From Escherichia phage JLBYU43, in the sequence record NC_105512.1: a stretch of DNA of 64,000 nucleotides; one strand, 5' to 3'. Numbering within the stretch: position 1 is the first letter of the stretch; each line of letters starts with the position of its first letter. Below, in pieces: positions 28,293-37,838 of this stretch. The translations under genes were made by a program, and so were the position numbers. The notes under the pieces were generated by a model. The model was not told the origin of the DNA. It worked only from the letters and a program-made list of their open reading frames with translations, and did no database searches.

Positions 28293-29270
28293 ATGAGAAT
28301 ATTATTTAGTGCTGATCATCATATCAAACTAGGACAAGATAAAGTTCCAAAGGAATGGCAGAAGCGTCGCTTTCTGATGCTAGGAGAACGGTTAAATGAT
28401 ATATTCCATAATCATAACTGTGATCTTCATATTGCTGGTGGTGATATACTTGATGTTGCCGACCCGTCGTCAGAAGAAATAGAACTGCTTGAACAGTTCA
28501 TGTCAAGACTTGACCATCCAGGCAAAATCTTTACTGGAAATCATGAAATGTTAACTAAAACCATTTCATGTCTATATCATTATGCAGGAGTTATTAATAA
28601 AGTAACAAGTGGTAAGTGGGAAGTAATTACCAAACCATATCGTTCCCCTGAATTTGATATTGTTCCGTACGATGAAATCCATAAATCTAAGTGGAAACCA
28701 TCTGAATCAAAACTATGTTTCACGCATGTTCGTGGTGAAATCCCTCCACATGTAAAACCAGAAATTGATCTAACTAAGTACAACTGTTATGATACTGTAA
28801 TTGCTGGAGATTTACATTCTTATACTAATAGCCAGACTATCGGGTCTACTAGACTCCTCTACCCAGGGTCTCCATTAACTACATCGTTCCATAGAGAACG
28901 CACAAAAGGTACAAATGGTTGCTTTATCGTTGATACCGACACATTAAAAGTAGAATGGATTGAACTCGGTGATTTACCACAACTGATTCGTAAAACAATT
29001 GGAGCTGGTGAAGAGATGGAACCTAGTGATTATGATCGTGTAGTCTATGAAGTTACTGGTGACGTTGTTCAATTAAAGTCTATTAAAGACTCTGATTTAT
29101 TAGATAAGAAGATTAACCATCGAGTTACTAAAGATGCTAAGTTAAATCTTGTTGATCTTGATATGTTAGGTGAACTTGAACTTTACTTCCGTGAAGTCGA
29201 GAAGCTATCTCAAGGCGACATTGATAGAATCTTGGCTAGAGCTGCGAAATATGTCAAAGATTACAATTAA
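28293..29270 (+). CDS. SbcD/Mre11-like nuclease (T5 D12-like)
   Basis: phosphoesterase motifs DHH, GDILD, GNHE. Confidence 0.8.
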   Translation: MRILFSADHHIKLGQDKVPKEWQKRRFLMLGERLNDIFHNHNCDLHIAGGDILDVADPSSEEIELLEQFMSRLDHPGKIFTGNHEMLTKTISCLYHYAGVINKVTSGKWEVITKPYRSPEFDIVPYDEIHKSKWKPSESKLCFTHVRGEIPPHVKPEIDLTKYNCYDTVIAGDLHSYTNSQTIGSTRLLYPGSPLTTSFHRERTKGTNGCFIVDTDTLKVEWIELGDLPQLIRKTIGAGEEMEPSDYDRVVYEVTGDVVQLKSIKDSDLLDKKINHRVTKDAKLNLVDLDMLGELELYFREVEKLSQGDIDRILARAAKYVKDYN

Positions 29271-31089
29271 GACACTAAAATTTAGTAACGTTATGTCTTA
29301 CGGTAAGGACATCGTAATTCATTTCGATAAGAATCCAGTTACTCAACTAATTGGCGGCAATGGACTAGGGAAATCTACAATTGCCACTGTTATTGAAGAA
29401 CTCTTTTATAATAAGAACTCACGCGGTATTAAGAAGGATGCTCTGTTCTCCTGGTCTTCTCCGAAAAAAGAATACGATATGCACGCTTACTTCTCGAAAG
29501 ATGAAGATGAATACGAACTGCATAAAGTAGTTAAGTCAACTGCCAAAGTAACTCTTATTAAGAACGGAGAAGATATTAGTGGACACACGGCAACTCAAAC
29601 GTACAAGATGGTTGAAGAGATTATGGGAGGTGACTTCCAAACATTCACCAAACTAATTTATCAATCAGTGGGTTCCAATCTAGACTTTCTAAAAGCAACA
29701 GATGCAACACGTAAGGCTTTTCTTGTTAACTTGTTCAATCAAGAACAGTACAAAGAAATGTCAGAAACTATTAAGGCTGACCGTAAAGAAATAGCAAATA
29801 CCTTAAATAATTTGCAGGGCCAAATGGCTGTAATTACGAAAATCCTTAATGGGAAGAATAATCTGGGAACTTTGCAGGAACCGGTAGAAGTACCAGAGTT
29901 TGATGAAGAGCCATTAGCACAAGAACTTACTGAATCGAAAATTAAGGCGGCATTAGCCAAGTCTCAAGAGGCTAATATTACTAAATTGCGTAATTTGGAC
30001 AAAGCTGTACAAGTTGCCGAACAATCTTTCGAGCCTTTCAAAAATTTGCCTGCGCCCATTGACCAAAATGAAGAGATCTCAAGTGTTACGCGTGACCTAA
30101 CGATTGTGACCTCACGTGCGGGCGAAGTCAAGAAACGTTATCAGAAGTTCAAGCAAGAAGCTTCAAATACTGAATGTCCTACTTGTGGTACTCATCTGGA
30201 TACAACTGCTGCTCAAAAAGCAATGGATATGGCTAGAACAGAATATGATCCTCTGTTCAAAGAGAAGCAATCTCTTGAAACCAAGCTAGAACAACTGAAG
30301 AAAGAACAACTTGAGTACGTTGCATATACTAGAGCAAAGGATGCTTTGGATAAAGCAGTGGTAGCTAGAGACGAGTTCAAAAATTCAATGAGTGATGCTT
30401 CTTTTGAAGAACTCAATGTGCAAATCCTACAGGTGCAAATCCGACAATTAGAACAGGAAATCGCTGATGGCCGTTCTAAGGTTGCAATTGCCAAAGAGCA
30501 TAATGCAAATGTTGAATTAGCCAATGCAAAATATAAAGCGAAACTAGAACAGATTGAGAAAGCTGAGGCAGAAATGTCTGAGATTACTTCCAAACTGGAT
30601 GGAGTATCAGAAGCTGTTGCTGATCTCGATATTCTGATCGCCGCATTGAAAAATCTGGTAGGGTATAAACTAGAACATAGTGTGAAAGTATTTGAAGAGC
30701 TTATTAATAAATACCTTTCTATTATGACTGGTGGTAAATTCGCACTTGGATTTGAACTTGATGAAACAAAATTACAAGTAGTAATCTTCAATGATGGAAA
30801 CCGCACCAGTATGGAGAACTGCTCTACAGGTCAGCAGAGTAGAATTAACCTAGCAACTCTGTTAGCTATTCGAATGCTGTTAACATCTATTAGTAAAGTT
30901 AATATTAATCTTCTGTTCCTTGACGAAGTTATTAGCTTTATTGATACGAAAGGACTTGATACTCTCGTTGAATTATTAAATGAAGAAGATAGTCTGAATT
31001 CTATCATTGTTTCTCATGGGCACTCTCACCCGCTGGCCCATAAGATTACAGTTAAAAAAGATGCAGAAGGATTCTCCTATTTAGAATGA
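29251..31089 (+). CDS. SbcC/Rad50-like ATPase (T5 D13-like)
   Basis: Walker A GGNGLGKST, coiled-coil middle, C-terminal ABC signature; ATG 29251 preferred over track 29170. Confidence 0.7.
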   Translation: MSKITIKTLKFSNVMSYGKDIVIHFDKNPVTQLIGGNGLGKSTIATVIEELFYNKNSRGIKKDALFSWSSPKKEYDMHAYFSKDEDEYELHKVVKSTAKVTLIKNGEDISGHTATQTYKMVEEIMGGDFQTFTKLIYQSVGSNLDFLKATDATRKAFLVNLFNQEQYKEMSETIKADRKEIANTLNNLQGQMAVITKILNGKNNLGTLQEPVEVPEFDEEPLAQELTESKIKAALAKSQEANITKLRNLDKAVQVAEQSFEPFKNLPAPIDQNEEISSVTRDLTIVTSRAGEVKKRYQKFKQEASNTECPTCGTHLDTTAAQKAMDMARTEYDPLFKEKQSLETKLEQLKKEQLEYVAYTRAKDALDKAVVARDEFKNSMSDASFEELNVQILQVQIRQLEQEIADGRSKVAIAKEHNANVELANAKYKAKLEQIEKAEAEMSEITSKLDGVSEAVADLDILIAALKNLVGYKLEHSVKVFEELINKYLSIMTGGKFALGFELDETKLQVVIFNDGNRTSMENCSTGQQSRINLATLLAIRMLLTSISKVNINLLFLDEVISFIDTKGLDTLVELLNEEDSLNSIIVSHGHSHPLAHKITVKKDAEGFSYLE

Positions 31090-31595
31090 AAAAGCAAGAT
31101 ATAACTGTAGAGTTCCTACAGGATAGGTATGAAATTAGAGACGGTACTCTATTTCATAGAAAATCAGTAGGATCAGCTAAGAAAGGATCTAGAGTCGGAT
31201 CCCTGTCTAAAGATGGGTATTATAGAACAAGTATTAAAGGGACAGAATACAGAGTATACGATTTAATTTACTTTATGGCCAACGGTACCTGGGCAGACTC
31301 AGTGGATCATAAAGATAGAAATAGGCAAAATGATATTCCAGATAACTTACGTAATGCTTCTAAGTCTCAGCAAGCTCAAAATAGATCTTCTAGGTCTAAG
31401 GCTACTAAGTATAAAGGTTTAGATTTCCCTAACGGTAGAGATGGTAAACCCAGGGCTAGAATTAAGAACCCTAATACTGGTATTAGAGAAAACTTAGGAT
31501 CTTTTAATACTCTAGAGGAGGCCGCCAGAGCCTATGATATTAAAGCAAAAGAATACTTCGGAGATTTCGCAGTATTAAATTTCCCAGAGGAATAA
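31086..31595 (+). CDS. HNH homing endonuclease with AP2-like domain
   Basis: VDHKDRNRQNDIPDNL; ATGA overlap. Confidence 0.7.
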   Translation: MKKQDITVEFLQDRYEIRDGTLFHRKSVGSAKKGSRVGSLSKDGYYRTSIKGTEYRVYDLIYFMANGTWADSVDHKDRNRQNDIPDNLRNASKSQQAQNRSSRSKATKYKGLDFPNGRDGKPRARIKNPNTGIRENLGSFNTLEEAARAYDIKAKEYFGDFAVLNFPEE

Positions 31596-32077
31596 TGGCA
31601 ATTGATAGTAGAGAAAAAGGAAAGAGAGCAGAGTATCAAGTTAGGGATATTTTAAGAGAGCGTACAGGTCTTGAGTGGGAGCGTGTACCTGGCTCAGGTG
31701 CTTTCGGTCAAAGTCATGGGTTGAAAGGTGACATCTATCTCCCGCCCCAAACAGGTAAAATCAGCAAGTATTGTTTTGAAGTAAAACATTACAAAGATGA
31801 CGCATTATCAAGTAATTTATTTAATGTTGGTGAATCCACTTTAGAGAAGTGGTGGCAGCAGTGCTCACGTGAAGGTGAGCAGATGAACTCCAAACCTGCA
31901 TTAATATTCAAAAAAGACAGAGGACAGTGGTTAATAGCTTTGGATAGCTCAGACCCGATGGTTGACAACTTAATGAGTCGTACCCATATGGTGTTAAATA
32001 AGAAAGACATGGAAATCGTAATTGGTTTATTTGAGCCGTGGCTACATCATGCATCTGTTGAGGACTTAATTAAATAA
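31595..32077 (+). CDS. Hjc-like Holliday junction resolvase
   Basis: GKRAEYQVRDIL...GDIYLP...CFEVKH (E...D...E-x-K); RBS GAGGAA. Confidence 0.5.
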   Translation: MAIDSREKGKRAEYQVRDILRERTGLEWERVPGSGAFGQSHGLKGDIYLPPQTGKISKYCFEVKHYKDDALSSNLFNVGESTLEKWWQQCSREGEQMNSKPALIFKKDRGQWLIALDSSDPMVDNLMSRTHMVLNKKDMEIVIGLFEPWLHHASVEDLIK

Positions 32078-32952
32078 TGAGTAAATCCTGGGGAAAATTT
32101 ATTGAAGAAGAGGAAGCTGAAATGGCTTCCCGTCGTAACCTAATGATTGTCGATGGAACTAACTTAGGCTTTCGCTTCAAACATAACAATAGTAAAAAAC
32201 CATTTGCCTCAAGTTATGTTTCCACTATTCAGTCTCTTGCAAAATCTTATTCTGCTAGAACTACAATAGTTTTAGGAGATAAAGGGAAGTCTGCATTCCG
32301 CCTAGAGCATCTCCCCGAGTATAAAGGGAACCGAGATGAGAAGTACTCGCAGCGTACGGAGGAGGAGAAAGCGTTAGATGAGCAGTTCTTCGAGTATTTG
32401 AAAGATGCTTTCGAATTATGTGAAACTACATTCCCAACTTTCACTATTCGGGGCGTAGAAGCAGACGACATGGCAGCTTATATTGTTAAGCTCATCGGGC
32501 ATCTATATGATCACGTTTGGTTGATTTCTACTGACGGTGACTGGGATACTTTATTAACTGATAAAGTTTCTCGCTTCTCTTTCACAACACGTCGTGAATA
32601 TCATCTTCGTGATATGTATGAGCATCATAATGTTGACGATGTAGAGCAGTTTATCTCCCTGAAAGCAATTATGGGTGATTTAGGGGATAATATCCGAGGT
32701 GTTGAAGGTATTGGGGCAAAGCGTGGGTATAATATTATTCGTGAATTTGGTAACGTTCTGGATATTATTGATCAGCTCCCACTACCTGGAAAACAGAAAT
32801 ATATACAGAATTTAAATGCTTCAGAAGAATTGCTTTATCGAAACCTAATTCTGGTTGATTTACCTACCTACTGTGTGGATGCTATTGCTGCTGTAGGTCA
32901 AGATGTATTAGATAAGTTTACAAAAGATATTTTGGAGATTGCAGAACAATGA
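32077..32952 (+). CDS. 5'-3' flap endonuclease (T5 D15-like, 291 aa)
   Basis: MSKSWGKFIEEEEAEMASRRNLMIVDGTNLGFRFKH matches remembered T5 D15. Confidence 0.9.
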   Translation: MSKSWGKFIEEEEAEMASRRNLMIVDGTNLGFRFKHNNSKKPFASSYVSTIQSLAKSYSARTTIVLGDKGKSAFRLEHLPEYKGNRDEKYSQRTEEEKALDEQFFEYLKDAFELCETTFPTFTIRGVEADDMAAYIVKLIGHLYDHVWLISTDGDWDTLLTDKVSRFSFTTRREYHLRDMYEHHNVDDVEQFISLKAIMGDLGDNIRGVEGIGAKRGYNIIREFGNVLDIIDQLPLPGKQKYIQNLNASEELLYRNLILVDLPTYCVDAIAAVGQDVLDKFTKDILEIAEQ

Positions 32953-33395
32953 TTAAAATTAAATTAACTCATCCAGATTGTATGCCTAAGATTGGTTCCG
33001 AAGATGCCGCAGGTATGGATTTGCGAGCGTTCTTTGGTACTAATCCTGCCGCAGATTTACGTGCTATTGCACCAGGCAAATCCTTAATGATTGACACCGG
33101 TGTCGCGGTAGAAATTCCGCGAGGTTGGTTCGGTTTGGTAGTTCCTCGCAGCTCTTTAGGTAAGCGTAAACTAATGATCGCAAATACCGCAGGAGTGATC
33201 GACTCAGACTACCGTGGTACTATTAAGATGAACCTGTTTAACTACGGTTCTGAAATGCAAACTCTGGAGAATTTCGAGAGACTTTGTCAGCTAGTGGTAC
33301 TACCACACTACTCAACCCATCATTTTGAAATCGTTGACGAACTAGAGGAGACTGATCGTGGAGAAGGTGGCTTTGGAAGTTCAGGAAGCAAATAA
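32949..33395 (+). CDS. dut: dUTPase
   Basis: AGMDLRA, IANTAGVIDSDYRG, GEGGFGSSG motifs. Confidence 0.85.
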   Translation: MIKIKLTHPDCMPKIGSEDAAGMDLRAFFGTNPAADLRAIAPGKSLMIDTGVAVEIPRGWFGLVVPRSSLGKRKLMIANTAGVIDSDYRGTIKMNLFNYGSEMQTLENFERLCQLVVLPHYSTHHFEIVDELEETDRGEGGFGSSGSK

Positions 33396-33621
33396 TTTTA
33401 CTGATCCTAATACGGTAGGTGTTGATACTAATACATTAACTTACCAGAGTAAAACTACTGAACCAGAAACGTTTGTGCTAAAAACAGATAAAGAGGGTAA
33501 TGTTACCTTCTGGGATCCTGAAGGTTTTGTAGAGCTTTGTACTAATACAGATAATGAGCAGTTAAAATTACTACTAACTATTTATAATCTTGGTATTATA
33601 GAAGGTTGTAGAAGCGAATAA
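33358..33621 (+). CDS. hypothetical protein (87 aa), last early gene
   Basis: GTG start with RBS GAGGAG. Confidence 0.4.
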   Translation: MEKVALEVQEANNFTDPNTVGVDTNTLTYQSKTTEPETFVLKTDKEGNVTFWDPEGFVELCTNTDNEQLKLLLTIYNLGIIEGCRSE

Positions 33622-33625
33622 TAGA

Positions 33626-33665
33626 AAAACCCCAGTGGATTTTGTCCACTGGGGTTTCTCTTTTA
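33626..33665. terminator. bidirectional terminator at early/late boundary
   Basis: 11-bp stem ACCCCAGTGGA/TCCACTGGGGT, loop TTTTG, U-tracts on both strands. Confidence 0.8.
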
Positions 33666-36600
33666 TTGTGCCTTATTTGCTAGTAGAGAATTAACTACTA
33701 ACGTTAGGTCTGCAATTTGCTTTTTAAGATCAGATACTTCTGATTCTAGGGCTGTGATTCTGCTATCAGATTCTCTGCCTGCTTGTACTAACAGACCTGT
33801 TATAGCCGCATAGTCAACAGAATAGAAACGTTCCTCGCCAACTAGTTGCTCACCAGTAAGTGTAGGCCCTTCAAGATCTGTATATTTTGTAAATCCACTT
33901 ACAGCCTCCGGTAGCGCTTCCATCACTTCCTGAGCTATAACACCAGCGTAAGGCATCCCATTTTTCTTAAGGGTATAAGTATAGCCTTTCATTTTGCGCA
34001 ATGATTCAGTGGCGTTTTGGATTTCCTCAATATTATCCTTCAGATCTCTATCGGATGACTGAGTAATGTTTGTTACTTCAACGCTTCCATTAACATTAAA
34101 AACACGGGATCCATCAGTGCTTTGCTGAGCATAGAACAAATAACCATCTGGTAGCTTGCATTCAACAACAGATGGCCTAGTAGTACTACCCCATAGCAGG
34201 ATAGAAGCATTTTTTGCTGCCGTCATGGTATTCTCATATTTGAATTCACGACCATTACTTCTTCTAACGGAAATACCACTACCATCAGCAAATATTCCAC
34301 CGTTATAGCTAGGAGTTCTTAATGTGATATCATCACTTACAGTTAGAGTACTGCCGTTCATATCGTTATGTAGGATAACATCCTTAGCAGCCCCACCTTT
34401 TCCCACGTACCACAGTCTAGCAGAATCTGTTCTACATGCTAAATAACCAACTTGAGACGTATCGGTTCCGGTAAGTCTTATTGATAAGGCCTCACCAGCT
34501 TTAGCTATCGAAACAGGCACACCAAAATCAGCAAATTTATCTGTAATTAATCTGTTCCATGTTCCAATAGTACCGCCCTCAATACTTCTAGCCCAAAACT
34601 TGGAGTTACGGCCAGCAAATTGGGTAGCATAATTACCACTAAACCCTACATGAACTCCACCATATACAACATTATTTTCCGGAGTATTAACTTGACCCGC
34701 AATACCATAAAACTTATTGACAGTGTTATGTTGTGTATTCCAATCTACACCAGTGGAGGATAAAATACCGGAAGGAGCTGAAAAGGTCCCCTCTTTATTG
34801 AAATTAAAGAATTGGTGGTTAGTACCGGTGGGGTCTCTAACAACAACTTGACCCGCATTTTCACTAGCTCTAAACTCCGCACCATATACCGTATTTCCTA
34901 CTCTATACCTAGAATAGAAGGTGGCATTAGATACAGATATACCGTCAGCAATAACACCATTACCCGCCCCTATAGTACCGCTAAAACTAATCTTAGGAGC
35001 ATATAAAGACAGTTCATCTCCCACGTTCATACCATTAGAAAGAACTATACGCTCACCATTTCCTATATAGTAGTTTCCTTCCGTTGTTGCTTGATAGAAA
35101 CCTATACGGTTTAAAGAAAAATCAAACATAGTAAGAACATCAGTTGAATCTGTTGCAGGATTAGCGGTCCCCCATGCGTAAGTTGTATTTTTATACGTAA
35201 AGTTTGACGTTGGTACAGTTACCTCACAGAATGCAGGAACACGTAACTGGACAGGAAAACCACGGGCCTCAATATAAATTGCAACATATCTTTCAGCATC
35301 TTTGGAGGAAGAAAGAATACATTTCATTGCAATCTCATTTCTCGCATAGTTATTGAAGTATCCGTACCCACCATCTTTACTATCACTCCAACCCCCACAT
35401 CTAATAAAACCATTGAAACTACAACAGTTCATAGGGTCACTGCCTATAGAGGATCGTGTTTTTACATCAATAAAAGCTCCAGATGCATATAGTGAGCTAT
35501 AAGCAAGGTCAATAATAACAGGGTAGTATTTACCCTCCTCAACACCCGCAGGTGCATTAAGTGTTAACCATTCACCACCGCCTATAGATGGTATCTGAAG
35601 ATTTGTTTTGGCTTCAGATATAGATAAGCCTCCAGTACCCCCCTGAGTTATAGGTAGGGCTATAAGTCTTTTTAATTCTTTATCATAAGCCCCCCAATTT
35701 TTATTATCTGTAATAAAAATTTGAGCTGTACCGGCATGGTTTACTACATGTGTTTCACCTGTAGCCTGTACGAACCTATTTACCTGTAGGTTTACTTTAG
35801 AAGTGGCTACATCTGACAAGCTTATAGCATTACCAATAAAATTACCGTTTATCTGGAAATTACCGTCAATACTTAAGCCAGCATATTTATTGGTATTAGC
35901 ATCAGATTGTAGGTGTAGTGTCAACCAAGCTTTGTTATCCCCACGTATTTCTGAGTAAATCCTACTACGAGCTCTCTGTACTCCAGAAGTATCCCGTAAG
36001 AACTGACTAAGTATTCCAGAAGAAGCTTGTGCAGAGTCATTTTCAACAAGAAGCTGTAAATGCGCAAACGTTGGAGAACTGCTACGTCCTAATCCTAGAT
36101 TTGTACGAGCGTCATCGGTGGTAACTCCTCCCGTACCACCCTGAGCTACGGCGAGGGGTTGCCATCTACTAGCTTTAGGGTTAAACGCACCCCACTGACC
36201 ATCAGCATCAACCTGTAAGTAACAGCCGTCCTTCTGAACGTCAGTGGACAAAATGATAGTTCTTGTATCACTAGAACGCTGAAAACGGTTTATCTGTAGG
36301 TTATTTCTTGCTTCCGCAGCTGATCTACCTCCAGTACCTCCTTGTCCTACTGCAAGAGGTATATATGCTCTATTCTCTATATCATAAGCTCCCCAAAGTT
36401 TACCACTAGTAATAACGATTTTAGCATTATTGCCCGGGTTTAACAACTGGGTCTCAGAGCTAAGCTGTACAAGCCTGTTTACATCATCTATTCTAGCATT
36501 TTTAGTCCATAAGGGTCCACTCTCCGGTCTCCAGCGATATGAGTATATTGCTCTAGTAGATGAACCTACAAAGAGACCAGCAAAGGAAGGTACACCATCA

Positions 36601-37412
36601 GTACCTGAAATAAATCCGGTAAGAACTGTTTCACCTACTGCTATACTAGGAAAACCTGTAGCCGTTTCGTATATTCTTAGAAACCCCAGAAAATTGGAAG
36701 GATTACCAGAAATATCCGGACAATCTCTTGGGGATTCCCCAAGACCTATAGAGGCTTTCATACCAGAAGCTACATTTTCAGCTTTAGTAGCAGATGCCGC
36801 CGCATTAGTTTCTGATGTTTTAGCATTGGTTTCTGATTCTTTAGCAGCACTAGCACTGTTAGCAGCAGCAGTTTTACTACTATTAGCGTTAGTTTCAGAG
36901 GTTTTGGCCGCAGAAGCAGATGCTGCAGCATTAGTTTCTGAAGTTTTAGCAGCTGATGCAGAAGCAGCCGCAGCAGTTTTGCTACTATTAGCATTGGTCT
37001 CAGAAGTTTTAGCCGCTGTTTCACTAGCTTTTGCGTTAGTTTCTGAAGTTTTTGCAGCCGTCTCACTAGCTTTTGCATTGGTCTCAGAAGTCTTAGCAGC
37101 TTTAGCACTATTAGCAGAAGCAGTAGCAGAAGAAGCAGACTGAGTTGCAGATTGCTGGGAAGATGCCGCAGAAATTTCTGCTTCATTTTCAGAATCTTTG
37201 GCATTTAGTTCCGACTGTTTAGCATTAATCTCTGATTGTTTGGCTGCTGCAGCAGATGCTTTAGAGGACTCTATAGCAGAGGTTAGCTCCGCAGCAGTAA
37301 TAGAGCTAATTGTATTTCCCAGAACTATAGTATATTTAGGATACTTACTTGCAGTTACACTATTTTGGTCCATAGTGACCATTTGCTGTAGAATTATTTT
37401 AGTTATAGCCAT
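33663..37412 (-). CDS. ltf: L-shaped tail fibre (T5 pb1-like) with C-terminal intramolecular chaperone domain
   Basis: 1249 aa; N-terminal heptad repeats; C-terminal SDRDLKDNIEEIQNATESL S74-type chaperone motif. Confidence 0.8.
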   Translation of the reverse strand: MAITKIILQQMVTMDQNSVTASKYPKYTIVLGNTISSITAAELTSAIESSKASAAAAKQSEINAKQSELNAKDSENEAEISAASSQQSATQSASSATASANSAKAAKTSETNAKASETAAKTSETNAKASETAAKTSETNANSSKTAAAASASAAKTSETNAAASASAAKTSETNANSSKTAAANSASAAKESETNAKTSETNAAASATKAENVASGMKASIGLGESPRDCPDISGNPSNFLGFLRIYETATGFPSIAVGETVLTGFISGTDGVPSFAGLFVGSSTRAIYSYRWRPESGPLWTKNARIDDVNRLVQLSSETQLLNPGNNAKIVITSGKLWGAYDIENRAYIPLAVGQGGTGGRSAAEARNNLQINRFQRSSDTRTIILSTDVQKDGCYLQVDADGQWGAFNPKASRWQPLAVAQGGTGGVTTDDARTNLGLGRSSSPTFAHLQLLVENDSAQASSGILSQFLRDTSGVQRARSRIYSEIRGDNKAWLTLHLQSDANTNKYAGLSIDGNFQINGNFIGNAISLSDVATSKVNLQVNRFVQATGETHVVNHAGTAQIFITDNKNWGAYDKELKRLIALPITQGGTGGLSISEAKTNLQIPSIGGGEWLTLNAPAGVEEGKYYPVIIDLAYSSLYASGAFIDVKTRSSIGSDPMNCCSFNGFIRCGGWSDSKDGGYGYFNNYARNEIAMKCILSSSKDAERYVAIYIEARGFPVQLRVPAFCEVTVPTSNFTYKNTTYAWGTANPATDSTDVLTMFDFSLNRIGFYQATTEGNYYIGNGERIVLSNGMNVGDELSLYAPKISFSGTIGAGNGVIADGISVSNATFYSRYRVGNTVYGAEFRASENAGQVVVRDPTGTNHQFFNFNKEGTFSAPSGILSSTGVDWNTQHNTVNKFYGIAGQVNTPENNVVYGGVHVGFSGNYATQFAGRNSKFWARSIEGGTIGTWNRLITDKFADFGVPVSIAKAGEALSIRLTGTDTSQVGYLACRTDSARLWYVGKGGAAKDVILHNDMNGSTLTVSDDITLRTPSYNGGIFADGSGISVRRSNGREFKYENTMTAAKNASILLWGSTTRPSVVECKLPDGYLFYAQQSTDGSRVFNVNGSVEVTNITQSSDRDLKDNIEEIQNATESLRKMKGYTYTLKKNGMPYAGVIAQEVMEALPEAVSGFTKYTDLEGPTLTGEQLVGEERFYSVDYAAITGLLVQAGRESDSRITALESEVSDLKKQIADLTLVVNSLLANKAQ
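36767..37265 (-). repeat. 21-bp (heptad) tandem repeat array inside ltf
   Basis: about 15 units AKTSETN / AKASETA; explains spurious ORFs on both strands. Confidence 0.85.
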
Positions 37413-37834
37413 TATTGAGTTACCCCATCACTAATATAAACCTTGCCTTCCATAATACGGAAAGAACTAGCAGCACTACCAACAGCTGTTCTAGTAATAA
37501 TTACATCATAGTACCCAGCTAATCTCTGTCGAGGGTTATATCTATCTCTTTCTTTAGATGCTTTGGAAGCAATAGTAGTTACGGCATTAACAGGTAGACT
37601 TATAGATGCTACTCCTTGATTCGCATCAATAATAGATGTAGTAAAAGATGCTAAAGTTTCAGCTCCATCTTCTAAGCTACTTTTAATACTTCCCCTAAGA
37701 GAGAAGCCAGTAAGATCTACTGGCTTAGATGTAGCAGGATAAACACTATCATCTACATCCATAAATTGCATAAGTAAACCATAAGGTACGTTCTCATCTA
37801 CTACTAAATCAATAACTCTATTTTCTGTACTCAT
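37412..37834 (-). CDS. tail collar protein (p132-like, 140 aa)
   Basis: size and position between pb4-like and ltf; TAATG coupling. Confidence 0.5.
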   Translation of the reverse strand: MSTENRVIDLVVDENVPYGLLMQFMDVDDSVYPATSKPVDLTGFSLRGSIKSSLEDGAETLASFTTSIIDANQGVASISLPVNAVTTIASKASKERDRYNPRQRLAGYYDVIITRTAVGSAASSFRIMEGKVYISDGVTQ

Positions 37835-37838
37835 TATT

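Noticed and set aside
36430-37204. ORFs 36430-37143 (+) and 36770-37204 (-) with poly-Ala/Leu/Lys products
   Set aside because: Artefacts of the 21-bp tandem repeat inside the tail-fibre gene; low complexity and overlapping the real CDS.
36767-37265. Regular short repeats that could be mistaken for a CRISPR array
   Set aside because: Contiguous 21-bp coding heptads without spacers, inside a tail-fibre gene; no CRISPR-like array or cas genes anywhere in the window.
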